A stretch of DNA of 58,027 bases, the filler included, from Sphacelaria rigidula (lineage: Eukaryota), in NCBI GenBank assembly GCA_964200075.2. It is 4 parts of 4 records of this genome, joined end to end, with 100 filler letters (N's around TTAATTAATTAA, not from the genome) between each part and the next. Parts side by side here need not be neighbours in the genome. Positions count along the whole stretch, not along the records: positions 1 to 14,434 come from CAXNAA020002248.1; positions 14,535 to 28,967 come from CAXNAA020002249.1; 2 more parts are not named here. The stretch is one strand, 5' to 3'. The notes beneath the pieces were generated by a model. That model did no database searches. It was not told the origin of the DNA and worked only from the letters and a program-made list of their open reading frames with translations. Made by a program: the position numbers and the translations under genes. Shown here piece after piece: positions 13,555 through 25,900 of this stretch (position 1 is its first letter; each line of letters begins with the position of its first letter).

Positions 13555-14434
13555 TTTGAATCTGGTCTCGGGTATTTTGAGCTACAACAGCGACAAGAGT
13601 GTTTTTTCTTCGCTTCATCTTTACTCAAGTGCCTTAAAAAATGTGCCATTATATATGTGCTATGCTCGCCAGATCAAAGGGGCTAGTATCTACTAAGGGG
13701 CATTCTAACGGGTAGGTCTTCCCCACCTTGTATGTTTTGTTCAAAAATCTGCACGCTCTCTTTTCCATTTGAAAAAAAAAGGAAAATACTTCAGAAATGC
13801 CCAAGCGCAAGATTTCACGTATGAATGCCTCAAGGTTCCATTTTTGCCCCCCAAAACAGCCGAGGGGAAGAAAGATACCACGCATATCACCTTGTGATAT
13901 CTGTACTCCCACGGATGTGCCAAGTATCTTATCCGCTATATTCGAAAAGTTGACTGCACCGGGATGCCGAGGGTAGCCTCACTTTTGCATGCTTGCTGGT
14001 CGTGACATGGTTAATTGAAGTGATGGGCACGAATAGCTGTATCGAGCAGATTGCGCCGTAGATTTGCTGTTGATCTTATGCAAACGAGTTTTGGTGAGGT
14101 GTAGAAATTCCGGTCTAGAGAAATAGGAGCGAGAAGTAATATATCATAACCTCACTCTGCCTCGACAAACGTGGGCGAGTGTTGTGTGGGTGCGGTGAGC
14201 AACACCCCCTTCACCATAACGAAGGACCTGGGAGCGCTGACAGCCTTTTTCACTGTGCTCAGAAATAAGCACTTTGGCGGCGCCAACCGACAACTATGTA
14301 GGAAAACAAACTACATCTTAACAACAAATTGTGCGAATTGAGGTTTACCTTCAAGATGAGGCTCAAGCCTTAAACAGTGCTTTCCCCACACTTTCAGCGA
14401 TGATGCCCGATGACGTTCTTGTCGGCCTAATGCC

Positions 14435-14534
14435 NNNNNNNNNNNNNNNNNNNNNNNNNNNNNNNNNNNNNNNNNNNNTTAATTAATTAANNNNNNNNNN
14501 NNNNNNNNNNNNNNNNNNNNNNNNNNNNNNNNNN
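14435..14534. other. Artificial 100-nt joining spacer N44-TTAATTAATTAA-N44
   Basis: Directly visible; the 12-mer gives stop codons in all six frames. Confidence 0.97.
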
Positions 14535-14959
14535 TGCAGTACGGTTGAGTCGTGCAATAAACTATTCACGTTGTGCATCGGCCGTCGATTCTTCAGGACA
14601 GTGGACGCCCAATCATCCGCTCGGCACATCACTGCGTTGGCAGTGATATCCCCCCACCACGGCACAGACAGCACTTTACTGACCTTACTGACAGCAACGT
14701 GACGCCCGAGAATTTTGTCTGGACACGAGCCTCGAGATGAAAAGTGAAAACATCCGTCGACAATCAAACAAACGTTGTTTTGCTCCGTCGCCCGCTGCTA
14801 ACCAGGGATGGGCGGCATGTGGAACCACGGACGCACTTCCTACTCCCAAGAATTGCGCATCAGCAGCGTCGTGCGGTACTCTTGAGGGCTTTTCGTCACT
14901 CAACGGCTAGGGTCTTCAAGCCTCATTTCATTGATGAACCTCATTTTATAGAATCCCCT

Positions 14960-15273
14960 GTTTTTCGGGATATGTGGGCGCACCAGCCGGGGTCACACAG
15001 GAGGAACGTCAACACAGAAGCTTTTTATTTTCCTTTTGTATCTTGTACCCCACCTTCCTTTTTCGGTGCTTACCTTTATTTTTTATCGCGAGAGGGGTTC
15101 AGCAGTTCCTTTCCCTCGTCGACCGTCAAGTCGAATTTTGTGTACCACGACGTAGTCGCTTTCCACTGTTGGGCATGGTGTGGGAAAAATCCCAAATCAC
15201 TCCGAGATTTGAACCCACGACCCAACCGTCAAAAGGTTTCGAGGTTGCCAACTGAGCCACCGGGGCGACCGGC
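14960..15273 (-). mobile_element. tRNA-derived SINE
   Basis: Minus-strand head GCCGGTCGCCCCGGTGGCTCAGTTGG (A box)...GGGTTCAAATCTC (B box). Near-identical second copy at 29068-29248. Confidence 0.75.
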
Positions 15274-17331
15274 TTGCACTGCGGACGGTTAACAAGCAAA
15301 GCCGGTCATATTTTTTACTTTTGCCACCCCCCCGCCCCTCCCCCCGGAACAGGGGCGAGAGATACGGCCATTTCAATGAACGGCCATTTCTGGGTCGACT
15401 CCTTTTTTTTCATCCGTTCGCCCACGTAGGTTAATGCGCGAAGAAAAAAGAAGGTTTGACCCGCAAAAGCCAAAGATTCACGTCAACATTAGTATCGCCT
15501 CCAGAATCGGATAAGGTTGAGGTCATGTGCAAACATAACCGACTTCACGTATGGCGCAGAAGAATTACATGGATTAGCAAGGTACAATCTGCGCATTTCC
15601 CAACGCACAACATTTTCATGAGTTGGGCAAAATCCCCGCACGCCCATCCGAACCTTGATCTTCAGACCCGAAGACGAGCCCAACCATGAAAACAGCCCGC
15701 ACCATATTTGTAAAACACCCTCCTGTCACCATCGCGCAACAAAAATCGAGTCGAACTCACACCAAAAATGACATTCCCGAAAAACACAAGAAAAATTGAC
15801 ACGCGACCTCGGCTTAAACGCGCCTTGACCCCCTACTAGTGTTCGAAACAGCCACCACGTCTTGACGTGGTCAGGGATGATCAACGCATTACTGCAGGAA
15901 CACTTTTTACAAAAGTACCTCCCCGCACCGCCTCTCCCGTCTCCCGTTCGATCACGTTTGTGGCCACAGCAAGCTCACTGAAAACAGCTCACGTACGACA
16001 TTCTCCATGTCTTGTTCTGTTCTGTTCTGTACAACATCGTACACGTCTCACGTCTCTTTTACTCGTAGTAGCCTTGCCCAAAGCGTCAACAGTAGTACCT
16101 CCCATGAACCGCCGCTTCGTTGCGCAATATTTGCATAATTCACGCGCGATGTACGCAATATTTGTCAGAGAACGTCGTTCGTGGGTAGTTTTGATGGCCG
16201 GTACTACAGCATTGTAAACGAGCTACGAGGCAAAGTTCCCACACAACTAGCGCCGTCCTGTAGTACGAGCGAAGGTAACGAGGGCAATACTGTACACGTA
16301 GTAAACCGATGATTACCCCAGAGATGACGAAAAATTGTGAGAAAAAGATTGTCGACACTTGATCGACTAGATATTGACAACGCGTGCACCTGCGTTGTGT
16401 ACTCCGATGTATTTTCACGTATTCAGTCGAAACCTGGTAACCCCTTTTGGCCATAATACACACGCTGTGGACACAACCCACACACGGGATTTGAAAGAAA
16501 AACACTGTACCTATCTTGCGTATCTTGGTCTTTCTTCAAACGGTCAGCCCACCCAAAGTACTGTTACACCACCGCTTCGTACGCAATACTCCCAGGGTTC
16601 ACGTGTGATGATGATACCACTATTCATCAGGAGCACGCTCAATGGGTGGTCAGATTTGTAGACTACTACTGTAGTAAGTAGACCAGCAGAAAACAAACCT
16701 TCGAAACACCTAGTGGTGCTGTACCGAAGTACAGCACGGAGACAACAGGTGAAAACACCGTGCGCGCAAAAACCCATACAGTAGTCATCGCCGAGATGAC
16801 ATACAACAGCTTTTTCGTGGGATTGAGAGTAGAGCGCTGATTGAGAGTAGAGCGCTGATTGAGAGTGGCTTCGGTCATTCGCTTGAACTCAGCCATTTTT
16901 TCATTCCGTGTGTACTTTTCTTTGCCTCCATTACTGGCCTGTGATAACAGCAACACCTCGAGATCCTTCTCAGGGATGTAAAGGGCCTCAGTGGCAAGCT
17001 ACTACAGGAAGCATATTAGGCCTCGTGGAGGGGAATTTCAGAACTAAAACGCTTCATTCATCAATGGACCGCTTTTCGCTCTCAATCGTATCCTGTAATC
17101 TCAATCTCACGAAAACATTATTATACGTGAAAAAATATATATAATATATTGGCACTTGACATTTCCATCAGCTGGACGATGACAGACCTGTACACCTGAG
17201 TTGTGATATTCAACGTATTTCGGGTATCTAGTCAAAACTTCTACCCAAGCCTGCCCTCACTGTGCTTTACCAAAGTTCTGTAGCACGGATGGCAGTAACA
17301 ACAGCCAACAAAAACGAACCCGCAGAGGATT

Positions 17332-17578
17332 CTACTCCGTGTTGTGGAGCGCAAAGTTTTGGCCCAGACGACCAAGCAGTCCCATTCTAGAGTGATGGTG
17401 ATGGGGGAGCGTTTCCACAGCACCGTCATCGGGCCACCCCTTCAACGCCTCCCGGCCAAGGTTCATGGGAAGTTTGATCTGAGGACGTGCGGAACGTTCC
17501 GAAAGTTCCAGGTGACCTTCTCCTTCGCCGATTGAGTGGCGGCTGTGAACGTGGGCGTTGGCGTGGTGGTTATGGGGC
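17332..17578 (-). CDS. Probable terminal exon: His-rich C-terminal extension of the cathepsin Z-like protein
   Basis: ctcggcag|GCCCCAT, phase 2, joins the AG| donor at 19369. Open for 81 codons (PHNHHANAHVHSRHS...LPHHHHSRMG...HNTE) to TAG. Confidence 0.6.
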
Positions 17579-17879
17579 CTGCCGAGTGTGTTGGAGTATG
17601 GAGGACAAGAAGGCGCGCGCAGGGGGGTGTACTCATGATCTTGCCTGTCGTACATAATCATAACACCGTTGACCTCGCATCCCCATGAAGACGGACCAGG
17701 CTCGCAATCACCAAGTACGACGCGCCGTTATGTGTGCAGGGGGGGGGGGGGGGGGGGCCCCCACGGGGGGGGCGCGCCCCCGAGCGCCGCCAGACCGGCG
17801 GACAGGGGGGACGGACTCTTTTCCCCGATCAAAACNNNNNNNNNNGCGCGGCGCGCGCGCCCGTGCCGGCGGCGGGGGG

Positions 17880-17921
<42 letters not shown>

Positions 17922-19869
17922 TCCGCACGCTCGGGCGACTGCCAGCAGCGAATCTACATCGATGGAAAGGAGTGGACGACTATTTTCATCTCTTAAAACA
18001 TCAAAACCAAATGATCTGAAAAGCGTGAGTCAGCACAAGCTGATGGTCATGACATCCACATGCCAAGCTCGCTCCATGCACACAAGAGCTGGAGGTTTAC
18101 CCACCCCAACCAAAGACGAAGAACATCAATGATACGGCACTACGGCAGGTTAGCTTTGCGCACCGATACCCACTACCTACGAACCTCTTGCTATACGCTC
18201 TTGTACCGCCCAGAAGGATATCGTGTGCTGAGGCATGTTTGTTTGTTTTTTGTCGTCGTCGTACGGTTCCACACCCTGGACAATGCAAGTTCCAATAGAT
18301 GTAATAGGTCTATACTATACCCGGTGCATTTTTTGTCTGCTCCATTCATCTACCATATATTATCCACGGTGTATACGGTTCCAGAACTTACACATGCTCA
18401 CGTCAAACCGTCGCTTCGCAAAATCTCAGCTCTAGCCCGCGTAAGACGTCTCGTCCATCGTTCAGTCAACGTCACTAATCAGAAAAAAATGTCGTGAAAA
18501 AAAAGCTACTCCTGGTGTTGGAAGGAATATGGGAATAAAAAAACCACGTGAATCTACCTACACCTGTTCGATCTTAGTTGCTATCGAGGAAATTTGGGCT
18601 GATATGTTGTACACTCCACGTATCACGCGCAGGTACTAAGTAGATTGTGTCGAGCAAACACCTCCAATGCTCCCTTCAACACTAGTGCGCGAGTCATATG
18701 AGAAACACCGTGTGAGAAAGCATGAGCTTGGAAACCGCTCTGGGCCAGCTGTGCAGATTGTGCTTTCTGTTCCTTTGGACGGTGGTCATATCACACCGTG
18801 GACAACGTATGGTCAACAGATGCAAAAGATAGAAACTGTTCTGGAGCAATGCTACGGTAGGGGTGCACTTTTCGCGCAAATTTTGGTCTGGTTCAGGGGG
18901 CTCCTGACTATTCTTCATGCACAATAATATGGGTCACAGCGTCCCCGTTTGCAAATTCATTCGGGATGTGTCTATTACATTGGAAAAGTAATCCTGGCGT
19001 AATCTTCCATGTTTCACGTACGTCGTGCTTGGAACGATATAAAGGGTTCCTAACAATTATAACCTCAGAAAATATTTGTGCATCCTTACCGTAGCATCAG
19101 ACTCTGGGTGGAAAGTATAGGTCCATTGCAACAATTATCGGCCCGACAACAGTATACTTTACTCATATATTTTTGTCCATTGTATCCAATGACCATATAT
19201 TGTCCAGGGTGTGGAAGTTCCGAGAATTACCGATACCGCCACCAGACGACCTCAAGGCCGGCAAAGCATGGTGAATACTTGAATCCCTGTCCCGCCTTGT
19301 GGGCACAAAACGGCGCTAACGTCATTCAGCTAGTCGAGTCAACCGTCTTTTGTTCCTCCATCACAAACCTGGGCGGGCCCGGCGGCGCCAGTTCGGTCCA
19401 TGACCCAGGAACAGCCCATGCACAGTTGGACTCGAGCAACAGCTGGTTCTCCCCACGCTTCAACCTGAACCAACCGCCCTCGCCCCAGTACTCGCCCCAA
19501 GAGTTACGCACAAGCCAGAACCTACAAGGTTTGAGGCCATTGCGGAGGGATGGGGGACAAGGAAAGCCAGGGACAAGGTGAATAACGATCGGGTGTTGGG
19601 AAAGATAATGGAAAGCTACATCAAGGACAAATACGCAAGAATCCCATGTCATCCAGTGCAATGGAGTGTTCTCTCACCTTAACCTCACACGTCGGCGGGT
19701 CATATTAATAACTTGAACACTAATAATTTGGATATTGTCATGATAATGTTTGTAGGTATATTATTATTACATCATATTTCTTTGTTTTTTTATTACTGTA
19801 ATTATTGTTGTTATTGTCATCATTATTTTTTATTATTATTGTTACTTTATTTTTGTCATTATCATCACG

Positions 19870-19919
<50 letters not shown>

Positions 19920-22900
19920 TACTACTACTACTTCGGTACATTAGTCCGATCTCTCGAACCTGTTGTCAAAATGAATAGATTCGAATTATTCCTGCGCCAG
20001 ATGTCTTTTTCAATCAGCAGGAAGGAGCGCGAAGGTTTTACGAACGATATCGATATCTCGTCGAGAGTCAATCGCATGCGGGTCACCACTTTGTAGCCCG
20101 ACGTGTTAGTAACGGAACGGGAAGGATAGGGTCGTGCAGTGTGGTTTGCCATGTTTGCGTATTGCATTCGACGGTAGCCACTACTGACGTAGACGGCTTA
20201 GCGTGTGTTAAACGACACGGCCACAGTGTTAAGAAACGAACAAGATTCGGTCGACGGCACACGCGAATCACCAACAGTCTGCCTAAAAAGTTGGCAAAGG
20301 TCTCTCCTACTGTGGCACACAGCTCCTTACCACAGCAGAAAACATCATATTGCACTATTCCCGGAGTCTTTCCTGAACAATCTGTTTTCATTTCGACAAT
20401 ATAAAGTCTTGCCCTTCGAAAGCTGTCCCAACTTCGTGAATGCGATCAACACCCCATCAAACGTAAATCATCACCAAAACCCGGACCGGACCGGACCGGA
20501 TCGATCAACGTATCAGGCGCTCGCCGGCAAGAGTGTGTGATGGCCTTCCGGCTCTGTGATCGTACGACATACAGTCGAAAACCTCATAAAATAACACGAT
20601 AGCCGTGAAGTCTGTGCATCTTGCGTTCATCCTCGGGTCAGGTCAGAGGTCGTCATGGGCTAGGCGTAACCTTATGGAAGCAAAAAACCCTGGACTCGAA
20701 TGCATGGCTGAAAAAAAGTACTGCAAGAGTTAGGGGTCTTCCTAATCGAACATTTATTTTCAAATTATTCTCGACATTTTCCAAAAAGTCAGACTTTTTG
20801 CCCCCGACTTATCGCACAAAATAAAAGTTCTGAAGATTATCCCGACGCTAGATTATCCCAGAAATCTGTAGTCAGCCTCAAATCGATTTATGGCGTAGCC
20901 TGGTCGAGCGATTTTCTCTCACAATTTTCGGAGATTTCCCACCCTCCCGAAAAACGGAGATTCGGTAGGAAAAAATAGACCCGTTGATAATATCGCTCTT
21001 TGCTTGGGATGTTGAAGGAGTAGGGCGTATCGAGAATCGATCGGATTCACAGGCGAAAGGGCACCCACCGCTTAGGAGGGTGAGAAAATGCTCGGAAACT
21101 TATAATTTCGAACAAACTATAACCCTATCGCTAACCCTAACCCTAACCCCAAGGAAGGCACACCGAGAACCCTCGGGCAAGGGGGTCCAAAGTGTTCGTC
21201 ATGTAAAGTGTGCGTTGCCAGACCTCAAATCGGCGCTCCAGGAGCCAATTTCGACAAAAACGCGTTCTGCACACGCTAGAAGCACGCTTCGGGCACAGCC
21301 CCGATGAAGATTCGGATTCCGATGTCCACACTATAATCAAATCGAATTCAAAATCAACCATAGCACCCTCCCAAGTGGTAAACTATACTGTCACATACTT
21401 GTCAGACATACACGGCTACTACACCAGTGGATAGTCGTGCCACAGGTAAGAATAATGATTCTTATATTCTCGAGTAAGGACCATCATTTTTATACTTTGG
21501 TGTGTTCATCGTTGTCGCACCTACGTGACAATATATATATATATATACTTCCTCTGTCCCATAAGTGAAGATACCTGGATTTTTACGGGCCCTTAACGGT
21601 GTCCGATCGTTTTTTTTTAATGAATTCTACGATGTTTTTTGGATCAAGAAAATGTGTTTAAAATTTGCAGCTCGTGCTTGAACCATGTCGCCGAACGGCT
21701 GCAAAAACAGTAGTCGGCCCAAAAATGGCCATTTTTTGCCCCTTCCCGAGGGGAAAAAAAAGGGTCGAATTTTTTTTTTAATTTTCTTTAATCGCCTCCG
21801 CCTTCACTAGGGCTTGCTGCCAGGAAGTCCCACGCGATTAAAAAAAAACGGCACTTTCTTTCCTCTCGGAAAGGGGCAAAAAAACGGCCATTTTTGGGCC
21901 GACTACTTTTTTTGCAGCCGTTCGGCGGCATGGTTCTAGCACGAGCTGCAAATTTCAAACACATTTTCTTGACCCCAAAAAAACACCGTAGAGTTCACAA
22001 AAAAAAAAACGATCGGACATCGTTAGGGGCCCGTACAAATTTAGGTACCTTTACTTGCGGGACAGAGGAAGTATCGAAAGTACTATTCCGGAAGGACTTC
22101 AACGACAATCGTCACAATCATCGCCATCATCAATCATCGCAATTGCAGCATGACTTGATAGGGATCGGACGGGGAAAAAAATGTATCGAAAAACAACTGT
22201 TCCGAAAGGACTACTACGACCATCACCATCACCATCACCATCACCATCATCATCGAGGCGCCGTAGAGTTTTGGTCGTATATCTACGGTTGATTTTTTCG
22301 AACAAACTAACAATATCGCTGACTTTAACCCTAACCCCGACCCAAGGCGCACGAGACCCTCGGGCAAGGGGGGTCCATGGCTTCCCCTAGGCAAAGTGTG
22401 CGTTGGCAGATCTGAAACGCCGCAGGCGCCGATTTCGACAAAAACGCACTCTGGACGAGCGGGATCCACTGCCCACCTGTCTCAAACCATAAATTTCCTC
22501 AGAACTTTCTCGATTATAAAATCAAGTAATCATTGTCAGCCACACAGAACCATGGACAGACAGACAGACAGGAGACAGCATCAAACAGAACGGTAAGCAC
22601 TACAGTACGGTAGTGAAAATACCTGGCCTCAACATCAATAAGAACAACAGCAATATCAATGGATCAAGACAGTACAAAGCAGTCAGTACTCACGGCACAC
22701 CGTCCTTCGTCTCGCCCCAGCCAGCAATAGCCACGATGTGATCCGTGTCGGCAGGAATTTCCGGGATGTCAAGTACACCTCCCTGGAAGGCGAAATACGA
22801 AAAAAAAGATGTCATCATCCAAAATATATATATACATACAACAGCCTCCACCTCTTCATCGTGCCGGAATTCCATATTCGGGGTGTGTATTATTCCCTCT

Positions 22901-25900
22901 GCTAGCATACTTGTTCATTGATCTGAAATCTTAGCAACACAGCCACTGTGCGACTACGTCTTGAGCGCGCCTAAGGGGCAGTTGTGCCGCTTTCAACAGC
23001 CAGGAATCGAATAAACTAACGTTGAATAGTCACGTCAGCGTTGTCTGGGTCATGCATCCCTAGGCACTCCCCACTCACGCGGTTCAGCATGCTCGTACGC
23101 CAGTATGGCTACAATCGTCGTTTTCGCACATGATTCTGCTGTCAAGACCTGCAGTAGTACTGTCACGTTTCGCGATAACCCGAGGGAAAACATCACTCAT
23201 CACTAGCGCTAAAATTACGTCCTGGAAAAACGGAGAGATTTTCGACTCGAGCGCATGCATCTCAGATAGAAAACATTCAAACGCAACTCCTACGTGGGAT
23301 TTCGCATTTCATGCGCGCATATGATTCGCATAAATTATGGGTTCTTGTTTTCCGGTCTTCCACACCAAAATCAAGTGATTGTAACGCCTCGGCCAGGTTT
23401 CCACTTCAAAATGACCCCTTTTGAACGAGACGTATAAGTTTTTCACGGTTAGGACGAATCAAATCGTGACTCACCTCACATCCATCATTCCAACGAATAA
23501 TTCATACGATTCACACATCATTTGTAGTTTTTACAGCTTTTCAGCTCGTGAGTCGTGCAGTACATGGTCAAAGGTACCTGTCTCCTACCTTCCGTGAATA
23601 CGGGGTATATCATGGGCAGGTATTCATCCCCTGTACTGCAATTTAAATGAATTGATCGTACATGCCACGCACTTCTTACCATCATGAGGCGTGAACGGCA
23701 TGTACAACTTGCTTGACCGAGTCGTTCGAGGTGAGCGCCCGTGTATGTGTCCCACCTTCGGGTTAATGCGGGACCAACAATTTACACAGGTTGAATCCTC
23801 TCGAATCATGGGCCCTGAATCACGCGTACTTTTCCCCAATCTGTGATGCGCGCAAGATGCCTGCACTGCATATGTGTTATCCACCCTCGACTCAGCGGGA
23901 CCAATAATTTATACAGTTTGAATCCTGTTATTTCATGGGAATCCATTCGTATGAACTCTGGTTGATCCTAATTGTGAAGGTTTTTGGGACAAAATCGCAT
24001 AAAAAGGGAAATCCCACTTCTACGGGCCAGCAGCCTCAGTTCAGTGACCAACAATGAGTGGAAAAAGATGCCCTCGCCACAGGCCACCTTTGCCGTACAC
24101 AGTCAGATGATGTTGTCTACCGCACGTGCGCCTTACTTTGGCACAATATGCGTCCCATTGGCATTGCTCGCCGTAGGTGGCCGAGGAGAAGCAAGGATGC
24201 GTGTCTTTATACCACAAACTTCGAAACTGGTACCTGGTGGGAATCATGCTGATAACCGTACACTTCGCCGTCCCGTCGGTACTATTGCGGGAGAATGAAT
24301 TCAAGCCAGAGCTCAACCCCTTTCACCTCTGAGGTAGGTCATGTGGGTCACGTAATTTTTCATGCGGGTCACGTAATTTTTCACATGAAAGTGGTGCCCC
24401 GTCCGGTCAGTGCTATTGCGAGGGAATGTATTCAAGCCAGAGCTCAACCCCTTTCACCACTGGGGTAGGTCATGTGGGTCGCGTAATTTTCGATGTGGGT
24501 TACGTAATTTTTCGTGTGAAAGTGATGATGATTCAACAGATGACCTACCCTCGCGATCAGGGGGGTATGCCTGGTCCATGGCATGTCACAGCTTCCAGCG
24601 GATGGCGAGGTCGTATCATTTCACAGCAGACTCTCAGGCGACGGCATTAAAAAAACACAGCAATTGAAAGACAAAAACATCCTGTGACACATCCATTCTC
24701 CACCAAAGGCTTCAATTTGCCAGAGATATATACACGGTAGACAGATGCTCACATCGTCGCCTACCGCGCAGTATTTGGGGGGGGGTGCAGTATGCTTCAT
24801 AGCGACAGGAACTTCTCTTGTTTTGGTCTCCCGTCAATCATGGCGTAGGTTGTCTACCCGCTTGCTTTATACTGCAGCCCTGATGTGGTAGCGTTGATCG
24901 TCATTGGAAATACACCCTTCAGATTGAAACAACAGCTGAACCGTAGATTATCTTTCGCACCGGTAACTGTGGTTGATTGCGGTCGTTCTTGTAATTAGAC
25001 TGGAGTCTAAAAAAAATGATGGAGGACTTTATGTCTTGCAAAAAAATAGCAGGGACGGTTTTGGAAAGACGAGCCCACGTTAGTGACCACGGGTTCGAGA
25101 GAACGGACTAATATGCGGAAATAATAAACTGTGTCAAATCACTTCGAAACGAAATAAACCACTCCGCGGGACTTTCGTAGGTTATGAAAAATGCCTACTA
25201 AGCCCCCCTCCGTGGGTGCTGTTTCGCCGAGCAATTATTAAAAGCCAGAAATTCTGCACCACCCATGCTACACTGTGGCGTTGAAGGATTGCCTTGTGAC
25301 ATCACATCTGGTGAAAAATATCAACAGCAAGGTACAGGTGGCGCTTACCGTGTAATCATGGAGAGGGGTGGCGTCGATCTCGCAAGCGATGGGCCCACGA
25401 GCGAATATTTCCGCCATCATGTCGTCCTCTCCGGAAACAGTTCCGTACTCTGCGACCGTCGCGTTGGGGAAGGTTTCCACAGCCTCGCAGGCTTCACCAA
25501 AGCTCTGCGTTGACGCGCAACACAATAATCGGAAATGTCCATGCCAGTGTCATGTTCCAACCCAAGCCAATAAAAACACAACAACAGTAGGGCAAACACG
25601 TAGCCTTTGTCATTCGGGGTAAATAAAAGGGGGGTGGGGGGTACTCATGATCTTGCATGCCGTAGTGATAACACGACTGACTTCGCATCCCTTATAAAGC
25701 CGGGACGAAGCAAAAAGGGGAGGGGGGGGGGGAGGGGGGGACAATTGGTGGACTTTTCATTGCACTTTACCCGGACAGGCTTTGGGTAGAGTACTCAGAG
25801 CCACCAAGATGAGTTGCATTACTAGCGGGACTTACAGCATGTCGTTGGGAGAGGTTTCCGGCGCCTCGCACACGTGACATGACGTTAAAGTTTTGTGCGT

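Noticed and set aside
15190-15273. Functional tRNA gene
   Set aside because: No convincing acceptor stem, and it continues into a repeated body; better explained as a SINE head.
17455-17578. Alternative frame TWNFRNVP as the start of a second cathepsin domain
   Set aside because: Wrong splice phase and it stops after a few codons; no QxxPxYCGSCW motif follows.
17738-17920. Gly/Pro-rich ORFs and G-quadruplex island
   Set aside because: Poly-G runs flank a 10-N gap (17836-17845), typical of low-quality sequence at a scaffold join.
19713-20096. Poly-Tyr / poly-Asn ORFs
   Set aside because: Translations of an intronic (ATT)n microsatellite.
21131-21150. True telomere or chromosome-fusion site
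   Set aside because: Only ~3 units, embedded in a dispersed element.
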